DNA of 64,000 nucleotides from Pseudomonadota bacterium (GTDB lineage Bacteria; Pseudomonadota; Gammaproteobacteria; UBA1113): NCBI GenBank assembly GCA_021782495.1, contig JAJXUV010000001.1, positions 182,637 to 246,636 of the forward strand, read 5' to 3'. Shown piece by piece: positions 29,156 to 39,412 of this stretch (position 1 is its first letter; each line of letters starts with the position of its first letter). The notes under the pieces were generated by a model. It saw only the letters and a program-made list of their open reading frames with translations, ran no database searches and was not told where the DNA came from. The position numbers and the translations under genes were made by a program.

Positions 29156-30086
29156 AGTCCGTGCACCAGGCAGCGTGATGTTGTTTGGTGAACACGCTGT
29201 TTTGGCTCAAAAACCTGCGATGGTCACTGCCATTGCACAAACTCTACAAATTACTCTTTCAAAACGTGAAGATGCAGTGATTGATATTCAATCGAATACT
29301 TTCGAGCCTTATCAAACAACTGTAAAAGATTTAAGGGTTCTTAAACCCTATACTTTTATTTTAGCCTGTTTGAAACAGCACCCCCCAAATTTAACGCAAG
29401 GATTAAACATTCACATCGATTCTGAGATCGATCCCACTGTAGGATTTGGAAGTTCTGCGGCAATCACCGTAGCAATGCTCAAAGCACTGCAATCGCTGTT
29501 TGATTTAGACATCGACATTTGGCAAGAATCTTGCACAGTCATCCAGCAAATTCAAGGGTATGGTTCTGGTATGGATGCCTTAGCCAGTTTGCACGGCGGA
29601 ACCCTTTATTACGATCCTAAAACGCAGGAATCTTTCAGTTTAACGCCGCGCACCGATTTGCATTTATTGTATTGCGGTTATAAAACACCCACGGGCACGG
29701 TATTGCAGCAAGTGCGGACTACCTTTGCAAACACACCTGCTTTACTGAAAAATATTTATCAGCGCATTGGCAAAATCGTTCAAAAAGCCAAAACTGCTTG
29801 GGAACAAAATGATACCTCCTTATTGGCACAGTGTATGTGCAAGCATCAAGAGTTGCAAAAAAATTTGCACGTCAGCGATGCACACTCTGAAAAACTGTGT
29901 CAGTGGTTAGAAGAAAGTGTGAGAGTAGCGGCCGTAAAAATTTCCGGTTCAGGCTTAGGCGATTGTCTGTTGGCTTTAGGGGGTGATTGGTCTCGGGTGG
30001 CAGAAACAGAGATCCGCGCCTTACACCCTAGTGCAAGGTATTTCCCATTAATAACCAATCCGACAGGAGCAAGCCTTGTTGAATAA
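29136..30086 (+). CDS. Phosphomevalonate kinase (GHMP kinase family)
   Basis: GHMP motif VGFGSSAAITVA. Second GHMP kinase in the operon. Confidence 0.78.
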   Translation: MGCDWVKVRAPGSVMLFGEHAVLAQKPAMVTAIAQTLQITLSKREDAVIDIQSNTFEPYQTTVKDLRVLKPYTFILACLKQHPPNLTQGLNIHIDSEIDPTVGFGSSAAITVAMLKALQSLFDLDIDIWQESCTVIQQIQGYGSGMDALASLHGGTLYYDPKTQESFSLTPRTDLHLLYCGYKTPTGTVLQQVRTTFANTPALLKNIYQRIGKIVQKAKTAWEQNDTSLLAQCMCKHQELQKNLHVSDAHSEKLCQWLEESVRVAAVKISGSGLGDCLLALGGDWSRVAETEIRALHPSARYFPLITNPTGASLVE

Positions 30087-31068
30087 AAGTGACATCATCT
30101 CAAAAATATTGTCTGAGAAATCGCGCACCCCTCATTCGGAAAAAGGCAGTGTTTACGCGCCAGCCAATATTGCTTTGTGTAAATATTGGGGGAAAAGAAA
30201 TGAAATCCTAAATCTACCGATGACTTCCAGCTTGTCTATCAGTTTGCAAGAAAAAGGGTCTCACTTTGCTTTCGAAGTGGTCGATACAGAAGATGTTTTG
30301 CATCTAAATGAAAAAATAATTTCTGCAGAAGATCCTTTTTATCAAAATTTATTTTCTTTCATCGGTTTGTTCAGAAAATCTCATTCTCCTCGTTTACACA
30401 TTCGCATTCATAGCACCATTCCTATTGCCGCTGGATTGGCTTCCTCAGCCAGCGGCTTCGCTTCTGTGGTCAAAGGCTTAGATGCTTTATACGGATGGCA
30501 CTTGGAACCATGGGAATTGTCCATTTTGGCGCGCTTAGGCAGTGGCAGTGCGTGTCGTTCTATATGGCCCGGATTCGTAGAATGGCAAAAAGGCATTCGT
30601 GAGGATGGCATGGACAGTTTCGGTGTTCCCTTAGATCTCACTTGGCCGGCATTGCGCATTGGATTATTGTTGGTGTCTTGCGAGAAAAAAAATATTTCTT
30701 CGCGCAAAGCCATGGCGCTCACTCAGGAAAATTCTCCTTTGTATCGAGCATGGCCGAAACAAGTGACACAGGATTTAGATGCAATAAAAATAGCTTTAGC
30801 CAACCAAGATTTTAGGGATTTAGGTGAAGCGAGCGAGCGCAATGCCCTGATCATGCATAAAACCATGATGGCAGCCACACCATCCATTGATTACAGCACA
30901 CCACAAACCCACGAATATGTGCAGCAAATTTGGCAATTACGGCAAGAAGGTTTATCAATTTACTTTACGCAAGATGCTGGGCCCAATTTGAAGCTATTGT
31001 TTTTGGAAAATACGGAGGCTGAGGTAGTGCAGGCGTTTCCGCAGATAGAGATTATTCAGCCTTTTTAA
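30076..31068 (+). CDS. Diphosphomevalonate decarboxylase
   Basis: NIALCKYWGKR and AAGLASSASGFAS motifs typical of MVD. Confidence 0.85.
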   Translation: MLNKSDIISKILSEKSRTPHSEKGSVYAPANIALCKYWGKRNEILNLPMTSSLSISLQEKGSHFAFEVVDTEDVLHLNEKIISAEDPFYQNLFSFIGLFRKSHSPRLHIRIHSTIPIAAGLASSASGFASVVKGLDALYGWHLEPWELSILARLGSGSACRSIWPGFVEWQKGIREDGMDSFGVPLDLTWPALRIGLLLVSCEKKNISSRKAMALTQENSPLYRAWPKQVTQDLDAIKIALANQDFRDLGEASERNALIMHKTMMAATPSIDYSTPQTHEYVQQIWQLRQEGLSIYFTQDAGPNLKLLFLENTEAEVVQAFPQIEIIQPF

Positions 31069-31088
31069 GAAGCATATTCTACAAAGAG

Positions 31089-31119
31089 CCTGTCATTCCT
31101 GCGAAAGCAGGAATGACAG
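31089..31119. repeat. Small palindromic repeat PR-1, copy 4 (cctgtcattcctgcgaaagcaggaatgacag)
   Basis: Perfect 13-bp arms around a GAAA loop, 20 bp after the mvaD stop. May double as a terminator hairpin. Confidence 0.7.
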
Positions 31120-31198
31120 TATCGTTAAGTGCAAACGATATATACTTTCCCTCCTCCCTCCTGTAAAATTCAAGAAAGTGCTATAAAAAGGACTGCCC

Positions 31199-32743
31199 AT
31201 GAACAAAAAAATGTCAAAAATGCAATTGATTTTAATGTCGACGGGCGGAATGATCGGATCGGGTTGGTTGTTCTCTCCTTTTTATGGCTATCAAACTGCG
31301 GGGATCGGCGTTCTTTACTCTTGGGGAATCACGGCGCTCATAACTTTAATGATAGGCCTTTCTTTTGCTCAGATTTGCGCAACCTTTCCCATCGTGGGCG
31401 GCATTTACCGTTTTATGAGTTTAACCCATCCCAAAAGCATGGCCAGCACTTTTTTAATTTTAGGCTGGTTAAGTTATGTGGTTTATTTGCCTTTAGAAGC
31501 ACAAGCTGTCGTGCAATACTTGGGATTCTGGGTGCCTTCTCTCTTAGTCAAGGTATCGCATCAAGTGGAATTATCCTGGCGTGGCATTGCTTTGGCGATG
31601 TTGATCATTTTCGGCATCACGGGATTCAACACTTTATTAATCACTCGAGTAGCGCGATTAAATAATGTAGTGAGTTTTTGGAAAATTGCGATCCCCATTC
31701 TGGTGGCACTCATCATCATTTTGAGTTTTGGTCATTTTAGTACTTTGGCTTCTCCACAAAACAAAGTGAATTTTTCTTTTGAAAACGTGCTCTTAGCCGT
31801 CACCAGCAGTGGTTTGGCTTTTGCTTTTTCTGGTTTCCAGAATGGGTTGATCTTAGCGAATCAAGTGAAAGAGCCGAGTAAAGCATTGCCTTATTCTTTG
31901 TTCGCACCGATTTTAGTGGGATTGGTATTGTATGCTTTATTGTCTTTAAGTTACCTATCGTGTTTGGATCCACAACATCCTCTGTCTCTCACAGGTACTG
32001 CAGCGCCTTTGTTGGCCTTGGTAGCTTTATTTGGCTTGAATTGGTTATTCACCATTTTGTTTATTGACGCCATACTCGCACCGCTTGGCACCACGAATGT
32101 GTACATCGCCGTGACTTCGCGCATTCTTTACAGCGTCGGTAAAGAATTAGCACCCAACAGTGCATTAACCAAAGTCAATCCACATGGCGCTCCTATAGTC
32201 GCTTTGTGGATCAATGCCATGATTGGCGTTATTTTCTTATTTCCTTTTCCCACTTGGAAACAACTCGTGAATTTTTTGTCTTCTATTGTGGTATTTGCTT
32301 ATTTGGCAGGCCCTGTCAGCGTTTTGGTGTTAATGAAAAAACAACCGCAATTACTCTACAAATTTAAATTACCTTACCCCAATGTGATAGGCTATTTGGG
32401 GTTCATTTGCTGTACTTGGCTTATCTATTGGTCTGGCTTTAACAATCTCTTGTATTTGTGTGTAACTTTAACGCTCATCGTTCTGGGTTATTATGCCTTT
32501 AATGCCAAAGCTGAAAATCTTAAAACAACGCTCAATAAAAATTGGTATTTGTTAGTGTATCTTTTTGGTTTAACATTGATTTCTTTCTTACGGCATAAAC
32601 AATGGATCCCTTTTCCAACAGACAATGCGATTATCGCCTGTATTGGCCTTGTTTTCTGTACTATCTTTACCCGAAACAGTTTACCTTTCGATGTGTTGGA
32701 AAAAAATCTGTTGAAGACCCGAGAAGAAATGGCTTTGGAATAG
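31199..32743 (+). CDS. Amino-acid permease (APC superfamily)
   Basis: 514 aa, ~12 TM, N-terminal LILMSTGGMIGSGWLFSP typical of APC transporters. Confidence 0.8.
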   Translation: MNKKMSKMQLILMSTGGMIGSGWLFSPFYGYQTAGIGVLYSWGITALITLMIGLSFAQICATFPIVGGIYRFMSLTHPKSMASTFLILGWLSYVVYLPLEAQAVVQYLGFWVPSLLVKVSHQVELSWRGIALAMLIIFGITGFNTLLITRVARLNNVVSFWKIAIPILVALIIILSFGHFSTLASPQNKVNFSFENVLLAVTSSGLAFAFSGFQNGLILANQVKEPSKALPYSLFAPILVGLVLYALLSLSYLSCLDPQHPLSLTGTAAPLLALVALFGLNWLFTILFIDAILAPLGTTNVYIAVTSRILYSVGKELAPNSALTKVNPHGAPIVALWINAMIGVIFLFPFPTWKQLVNFLSSIVVFAYLAGPVSVLVLMKKQPQLLYKFKLPYPNVIGYLGFICCTWLIYWSGFNNLLYLCVTLTLIVLGYYAFNAKAENLKTTLNKNWYLLVYLFGLTLISFLRHKQWIPFPTDNAIIACIGLVFCTIFTRNSLPFDVLEKNLLKTREEMALE

Positions 32744-32765
32744 GAGATAAAGGGGGAACAGAAAG

Positions 32766-33251
32766 ATGCTATTACGATGGCTTAAGATCATGATGGTCAC
32801 CAGTATGGGGCTATTTTTTTCACTCACCGCTTACGACAATATTGTCGATCACTCCTTTAACCTTAATGCTGTACAACATGTCTTGTCGATGGATACCATT
32901 TCTAAATCTTCTACTCTGATGAACAGAAGCATCTCGGATATCTCTACTCAAAAAATGGCTTATGGATTTATCATCGCCACGGAAACATTGGCTGCTTTAT
33001 TTTCTTGGCTAGGCGCTATTCTGTTATTTTGGCACAGGCGCAACCCGGTGCAATTTGCTCAGAAAAAACAAATTGCGAATATGGGTTTGGGATTAGGACT
33101 TCTTTTATACCTGCTTGGCTTTTTAGTCATCGCCGGCGAATGGTTTGTCATGTGGCAATCTACGCAATGGAATGCCGAGCAAACAGCAAGTTATTTGTCT
33201 ATCATTATTTTGGCAAGTTTGATATTTTTAAACCAAGAAGAAAATGCTTAA
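32766..33251 (+). CDS. Small integral membrane protein (4 predicted TM helices)
   Basis: 161 aa with hydrophobic segments. No recognisable catalytic motif. Confidence 0.45.
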   Translation: MLLRWLKIMMVTSMGLFFSLTAYDNIVDHSFNLNAVQHVLSMDTISKSSTLMNRSISDISTQKMAYGFIIATETLAALFSWLGAILLFWHRRNPVQFAQKKQIANMGLGLGLLLYLLGFLVIAGEWFVMWQSTQWNAEQTASYLSIIILASLIFLNQEENA

Positions 33252-33637
33252 AAAAACCATTCTTTAAATTTTGGTGGCACTTGACTCACTTTTTTTATGC
33301 GATAATCGTAGAAAACTTGCGAAGTATCTCCTGCTGCGGCAACTCTGCCTGTTTTCACGTTAACCATTTTATACAAAAAATCAAAGCCCCTGCTTTTTAA
33401 ATTGGCACATGCGATTTCAATGGCTAAGACATCGCCGTGTACAGATTCGCCTTTATACTCCATTCTACCACTTGCAATCACATAACCCACACCATCGCCC
33501 AAATCGATTTCTGTCACCCCTCGAGACTTCAGCCACCGCATTCTCGCTTCCTGTGCCAAGGCAACATACCCAATATCCCCGACGTGGCCACCATAGTTTA
33601 AATATAAATTGCTAATAGTAACTTCTGTTGAAAACAT
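33248..33637 (-). CDS. Hotdog-fold acyl-CoA thioesterase-like protein
   Basis: ~130 aa. The central region (GHVGDIGYVALAQEARMRWL) resembles the 4HBT/YbgC family. Start placed at an internal Met, low certainty. Confidence 0.4.
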   Translation of the reverse strand: MFSTEVTISNLYLNYGGHVGDIGYVALAQEARMRWLKSRGVTEIDLGDGVGYVIASGRMEYKGESVHGDVLAIEIACANLKSRGFDFLYKMVNVKTGRVAAAGDTSQVFYDYRIKKVSQVPPKFKEWFF

Positions 33638-33654
33638 ACTTTCTCCTTTTAGGA

Positions 33655-34287
33655 TCAACTAGCTAATGCCGCTTTAAATGCTACCCCTTTGATGCTCGGT
33701 CGAGCAATGGCAGGGACTCCTCGCATGCTTTGTCGAGTAATGTCTTCAAATACAAATCCAGCTTTTAAAATTGCTTCTTCTGTTTGACGCATTAAGCAAC
33801 AACCACAAGTCATACGCTTCCAAAAGGGTTCTAAACGACGCTGCCATTTTAATCGCTGAGGATTTGTATTCGCAGCCATGTGTTCTATGAAAATAAATTT
33901 ACCTTCAGGTCGTAAAAGACGATACATTTCTGCCAAAACTTTAGCTTGATCAGGAACGGAGCACAACACCAAGGTACTGACAATCACATCGCAAGAAGCA
34001 TCTGCGAGTGGAATAGAGTCAGCACTACAGTCAAGCACTTTTATAGCCCGTTCGGGCTTTACAGCAATTTTTTCTTGTAACTTTCGACGCATGTGTTTGT
34101 CGGGTTCAACCAAAATGAGTTGATTGACTGAATCAGGATAATAGTCCAAATTGGTCCCTGTCCCACAACCAATTTCTAAAACCACATTTGATACATTACC
34201 CAACAATGCGGCTCGCCATTCACCGAGACATTTTTGCTCCGCATCTCGCATGATCTTATCGTAAAATTTTGTCCATAGCCAAGACAT
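33655..34287 (-). CDS. Class I SAM-dependent methyltransferase
   Basis: SAM motif I VLEIGCGTGTNL, 210 aa. Confidence 0.8.
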   Translation of the reverse strand: MSWLWTKFYDKIMRDAEQKCLGEWRAALLGNVSNVVLEIGCGTGTNLDYYPDSVNQLILVEPDKHMRRKLQEKIAVKPERAIKVLDCSADSIPLADASCDVIVSTLVLCSVPDQAKVLAEMYRLLRPEGKFIFIEHMAANTNPQRLKWQRRLEPFWKRMTCGCCLMRQTEEAILKAGFVFEDITRQSMRGVPAIARPSIKGVAFKAALAS

Positions 34288-34304
34288 TTAGATCACCTTA
34301 ATCA

Positions 34305-35507
34305 CTATCTCGGATTCTGCGTAGAGCCTAAGGATCTTGATACCGTTGGTGGCGTATTCGCCACTTCATCCTCTGACTCTTCAAAGTTACGCCAAAAGCT
34401 GCTACTACTAGGGCTGTGAATTTCCTGCGGCGGCCGTAATGCATCTAATTCTTGTTTTAGGCGCGCATTCTCTTCTTCAAGCGATAGGATTCGTTGGTGT
34501 TCTGCTTGATGTAATTCCATAACAAGCTCTGTTATTCCCCCTCGCAAACTGGCTCTAAATAACGCCTCCTCATAATTCGGTTTTTCTTGCAAAGGGAGTT
34601 GTGCGTAACCTTCAGCCTTTACCTTCTTTAAAATTCTAACCATTTTTTCATTCGCTTCTACGTAATAGATATCCTTACTTTCAATGAATTGGTAGGCGCA
34701 ATACGCATTAGAGTATTTTTTTAAATGATATAGACGCTCAGCAAGGGACATTAAACATCCTAATTTTTGCGCGGCACCAATAATCTCTTCTAAACTTAAT
34801 TTGCCCGCATCAAAGTCTCTCATCAGCTTAGTCATTTTCGCCTCAGCCAACAACTTGGACAAGGCCACCAGTTCTACATTTCCTTTAGGCGCATTAGCGA
34901 TTAAATCGTTACAAGACAATCCTTGCTTATTCTTTATAGTCTGGTCTGCATCGAAAATATTCACCAATGCAATGACGATGCGAGATAAAGCTCCGATTTC
35001 GCCATGATTTTTACAATCATAGGAGTACGTTCCTGTACCTTTATAAAGTTCAACGGCAATCTGTAGGGGGGTATTTCCCTGGCGGTCTGCCGCATTGATA
35101 TCGGCGCCTAATACCCACAATAAAACAAATACATCATACGGGAAAGACCCAATCGGATAGCTAAAACCGATGCTGTTGGTTTTTAGATATTGTTCACGCA
35201 AAACATAACAGCTATCTTGGTAATCAATGTCATTATGATTTTTCTTAAGGCGATTATACATCACTGCAAGATGTATCGGTGTATGACCTTCTTTGTTCTC
35301 AATATTAACAACCGCTGAAATATCGGTTGGCCTCTCTTCTACACACTGAGAAATGACTTCAGGAAAATTCCATAAAGCGGCTAAATGTATTAACGTATTT
35401 CCTTCTTCATCTGTAACAGACTTTAATTCCTGAATAGTCCGAATATAGTCAACTATCATGTCAAAATTTTTTTTCTCGAATGCACCTAATATATGTTCTG
35501 GAATCAT
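34305..35507 (-). CDS. Ankyrin-repeat protein with a C-terminal coiled coil; candidate Dot/Icm effector
   Basis: Several ANK repeats (GNTLIHLAALWN, GHTPIHLAVMYN, GNTPLQIAVELY, NGHTPLHLAV-like). C-terminal LSLEEENARLKQELDAL coiled coil and an acidic tail. Confidence 0.8.
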   Translation of the reverse strand: MIPEHILGAFEKKNFDMIVDYIRTIQELKSVTDEEGNTLIHLAALWNFPEVISQCVEERPTDISAVVNIENKEGHTPIHLAVMYNRLKKNHNDIDYQDSCYVLREQYLKTNSIGFSYPIGSFPYDVFVLLWVLGADINAADRQGNTPLQIAVELYKGTGTYSYDCKNHGEIGALSRIVIALVNIFDADQTIKNKQGLSCNDLIANAPKGNVELVALSKLLAEAKMTKLMRDFDAGKLSLEEIIGAAQKLGCLMSLAERLYHLKKYSNAYCAYQFIESKDIYYVEANEKMVRILKKVKAEGYAQLPLQEKPNYEEALFRASLRGGITELVMELHQAEHQRILSLEEENARLKQELDALRPPQEIHSPSSSSFWRNFEESEDEVANTPPTVSRSLGSTQNPR

Positions 35508-35521
35508 TTTACTGTTCCCCT

Positions 35522-36100
35522 TTATTCAACATATTCAAATAAAGTCACGACTTTTTGTACGCCAGAAGAACGGCTGGCAATGTCAGCGGCTGTTTTTCCT
35601 TGGCTGCGGGTCACTGAACCCAGCATAAAGACGGTTCCGTTTTCAGTGACAATTTTCATTTGCGAAGCGTTAAGACTTTTGGTTGCCAACAATTGTGTTT
35701 TGATTTTGCTGGTGATGAGACTGTCACTGGATTGTGTTAAAGCAGAAATAGGTGTACCAAGGGTCACTTCATTGTACAAACGTTTAATCCCCGGCACTGT
35801 TTGCACCAATTGACCTGCGCGCGCGCGCATTTCTTCCGTCGGCGCTTCGCCTGCCAATAGCACAACCCCATTGAAAGAAGAAACCACAATACGCGTCTTC
35901 TTATCCAATTCTTTGTCAGCAAAAATTTTGTGTTCTGCATCGTAAGAAATTTTATTGTCTGAATGTAAAGTCGACGGACTTCGCCCTTCATAAATCACAA
36001 TACCGCCGATGGTCACACCCGCGGTGATGGCAGCCACCACACAACCGGTTAACAAACTGCCGATTAACCCTAAAATACCGAGATATTTTGCCAATTTCAT
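35522..36100 (-). CDS. dolP: Dual-BON-domain outer-membrane lipoprotein DolP/YraP
   Basis: Lipobox LLTGC, two BON domains, 192 aa. Conserved position downstream of diaA. Confidence 0.8.
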   Translation of the reverse strand: MKLAKYLGILGLIGSLLTGCVVAAITAGVTIGGIVIYEGRSPSTLHSDNKISYDAEHKIFADKELDKKTRIVVSSFNGVVLLAGEAPTEEMRARAGQLVQTVPGIKRLYNEVTLGTPISALTQSSDSLITSKIKTQLLATKSLNASQMKIVTENGTVFMLGSVTRSQGKTAADIASRSSGVQKVVTLFEYVE

Positions 36101-36103
36101 GTT

Positions 36104-36718
<615 letters not shown>

Positions 36719-36720
36719 CT

Positions 36721-36965
36721 AGAAAAGTCCATATTGGACTCAGCACTCACTTCGCTCGTGCTTCGCCCTGCGGGCGCACTGCGTGCGTCAAAAATGTTCA
36801 CCGCGCTGACGCGCTTTTCGCTCACATTTTTTGGCGCATCTCGTGCGGAATTTTGAGGGGAAAAATGCTCATTTATGCCTATATAAACTCCGCTTTTTCC
36901 CCTCAAAATTCCGCACCACCTGCATCCAAATCTGGGCTTTTTCGTATATTTGGATCTGAGTAAAC
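36721..36965 (-). repeat. Dispersed repeat-B, long copy, containing a perfect 20-bp-arm hairpin (cggaattttgaggggaaaaa...tttttcccctcaaaattccg)
   Basis: Its reverse complement aligns with 39413-39562 (tacgaaaaa.ccagatttggatgc...attttgag.ggaaaaagcggagtttata...cataaatgag.atttttc...gacttttctaga). It produces the spurious ORF 36706-36906. Confidence 0.7.
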
Positions 36966-36984
36966 AACTACGCCATTTTCTTTA

Positions 36985-37365
36985 TTATATATAACAATTA
37001 CCCCAAAAAGCATTTCTTTCCCAAACAATTTCAACGCGTTGTTTGGTATCAAGACTAATGCCAATCACATCAAAACGGCAAGGGTGCTCCCATATTTTTT
37101 GGCTATATAAATAATATTCAGCACTTTGAATAATTTTTCGTTGTTTGGCGCTATTGACCGTTTCAACCCCTGTACCAAATCCCTTTTGTTGTCGATAGCG
37201 CACTTCCACAAAAACCAAATCTTCTTTGTCTTTTAAAATAAGATCGATCTCACCGCGATGACAATGAAAATTGCGTGCCACTAAACTTAAACCTTGTTTC
37301 TTTAAATATTCTAAAGCCCAGGTTTCTGCTTGCTCGCCAATTTCTTGAACGGGTGTTTTACTCAT
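36985..37365 (-). CDS. yraN: YraN/UPF0102 family endonuclease-like protein
   Basis: GEIDLI...VFVEVRYR motif. Start refined to the internal ATG at 37365 (MSKTPVQ...), giving 126 aa, and it abuts the lpoA stop. Confidence 0.8.
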   Translation of the reverse strand: MSKTPVQEIGEQAETWALEYLKKQGLSLVARNFHCHRGEIDLILKDKEDLVFVEVRYRQQKGFGTGVETVNSAKQRKIIQSAEYYLYSQKIWEHPCRFDVIGISLDTKQRVEIVWERNAFWGNCYI

Positions 37366-37366
37366 A

Positions 37367-39118
37367 TTATTCCTGTACTGCTTGACCATCTTTAAATTGC
37401 GCCCACACACATTGTCTGTACACTTGTTGATTCGGCCGCAAATACAATTCACCAGTGACACCAGAAAGTCCATTAGCAAGTTGATTAAAATTGATGGCTA
37501 TATCGTAGGCATCGTATCCAAAGGCATACAAGCCCGTTGTATTAGCCGATACAGTATTAGATTTAGCTGAAGTCACCGATGCCGTATCGCTGACATACCA
37601 AGGCAACGTACAAAATTGAATGCCATTTAAATCTTGGTTTTTAAAAGAATCCAGCGTTCCATTGTAAACCACCGAAGTCGCATATACAGGCAGATTATCC
37701 GCATAATAGAAATTTAAAAGTGGTTTAATCGTTCTGGCCTTATCGGGTGTCGCTACCAGAAAAATCACTTGGATATCTTGTCTGCGATTGGGCAAGGTGG
37801 GATCGTTGTTCTTAGCATTGGGTGATTTAGCGCGTAAGGTATTTTTTATAAAAGGATCCAGTGAAGTGCTGTTCGTATAAGACACCGAATCTTGCACATG
37901 CCCACCTAAGTTTGCAAATTGCCTGGCAAACGTATTGGCAATACCCTGTCCCCAAGCATCACCTGGGGCTATCACCAAAGCACTCGTGTACCCTTTAGCA
38001 TAAGCACGGCGCGCTGCTTGTTCTGCGTCATCATTGGGTGATAAAGCAAATTGATAAAAATTGCGTTTTGAGCCTTTGGTCGGAATATTATTCAGCGCCA
38101 AAGTCGGAACGCGAATGGAAGTATCAGACAAACGATTCACTTCTGGTTTGGTCAGCGGTCCAACCACTAAGGTAGCGCCTTCATCGACTGCTTCATTGTA
38201 GACTGCACTTACATCTCCACCAGCTGTATTGTACAGTTTAACCGTGTGCCCTGTAGGATGACGGTAATAGGCTGCCATAAATCCATCTCGCACGGCTAAA
38301 CCACTGCTCGCTGAAGCGCCGGTTGTCGGCAATAATAAAGCAATATGCGAGGCATCGACATTACCCACTGCCGTCGTCATGGCCGGCGCAGCTCCTTCGA
38401 CTCGACTGAGGTTGGTGAATAAAATACTCGCTGGATGATTGGGGTATTTTTGCGCCCAACGTTGATAACTGTCCGGGAAATTGGGTGTTTGGAGATCGGG
38501 ATTTTTCACCAATTCTGCAATGGCAACCCAACCCGCCATTTCGCTGTTTTGCGCATGATCAGCCATCAGAATTAAATTGCCACTCGGCAAACTCACCAAA
38601 CACGATAAAGTAGATTGTCGTACTTGTGCCGATTGCTGACTGGGCAACAAGTCTCCCAGATGGATCAAATCGTAACAATACTGCACTGTTCTGCCCAAAT
38701 TCTGATTGGCGAGACTAGCCAATTGATAATAGGCGCGCGCCAATTCAGGAGGCAAATTTGGTGCACGATGAATGGTTGCTAAATGATTTAAGACCGCTTG
38801 ATAATTGCCTTCATTGGCCGCGACTTTGGCTTCTAAAATAACTTTTTCTTCTTGTTGTCTAGGTGATAAAGTAACGCCGTCTGAAAAAGCCAAATAAGTT
38901 TTGGCTTCTGCCGTTTTACCTTCTACCAGTGCGCGACCTGCCGCTTGAATATAATCATAGGCCTTTGTATTGGCATCTTGGGCCGAATTAGCTTTAGCCA
39001 AATAATCATTGATTGAGTGAGTGTAATAAGAAGGCACTCCGGGTTCTGCTTTGGGTGCAAATACCGTACAAGCACATAATACCAAAAAAAGAACAAAAAT
39101 CGATAATTTCTTAAACAC
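37367..39118 (-). CDS. lpoA: Penicillin-binding protein activator LpoA (outer-membrane lipoprotein)
   Basis: Signal/lipobox ...LCAC, N-terminal TPR-like helical domain, C-terminal periplasmic-binding-protein-like domain. Conserved lpoA-yraN-diaA-dolP order. Confidence 0.75.
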   Translation of the reverse strand: MFKKLSIFVLFLVLCACTVFAPKAEPGVPSYYTHSINDYLAKANSAQDANTKAYDYIQAAGRALVEGKTAEAKTYLAFSDGVTLSPRQQEEKVILEAKVAANEGNYQAVLNHLATIHRAPNLPPELARAYYQLASLANQNLGRTVQYCYDLIHLGDLLPSQQSAQVRQSTLSCLVSLPSGNLILMADHAQNSEMAGWVAIAELVKNPDLQTPNFPDSYQRWAQKYPNHPASILFTNLSRVEGAAPAMTTAVGNVDASHIALLLPTTGASASSGLAVRDGFMAAYYRHPTGHTVKLYNTAGGDVSAVYNEAVDEGATLVVGPLTKPEVNRLSDTSIRVPTLALNNIPTKGSKRNFYQFALSPNDDAEQAARRAYAKGYTSALVIAPGDAWGQGIANTFARQFANLGGHVQDSVSYTNSTSLDPFIKNTLRAKSPNAKNNDPTLPNRRQDIQVIFLVATPDKARTIKPLLNFYYADNLPVYATSVVYNGTLDSFKNQDLNGIQFCTLPWYVSDTASVTSAKSNTVSANTTGLYAFGYDAYDIAINFNQLANGLSGVTGELYLRPNQQVYRQCVWAQFKDGQAVQE

Positions 39119-39412
39119 AATGGCTGCTCCCGATTCGACAAGCTGATTGTGGAATCATTATGACATACCTTTAGGACATGATACAAACCAATGCCTTGCA
39201 AAAAAATGGTTTTTTTATGTTTTTAGATAAGGTTTCTATGGCATTTCTCTTTTTTGCATGCTAGACTGTTCCATCCTTTCTGTTAGCTAATTACTGACTG
39301 TTTGGATAGGGGTTAATTTACTTAGTGGCCATGGATTGGGCGAATAGTCCTGCCTTTTCTGTACACTAAATGTTATTCTAGAGAAACGTAACTGCCCACC
39401 CTCGATCTGGAC

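Noticed and set aside
31129..31665. 178-aa ORF overlapping the start of the amino-acid permease in another frame
   Set aside because: It lies fully inside or overlaps a well-supported 12-TM transporter gene and has no RBS or recognisable fold. Frame-shadow artefact.
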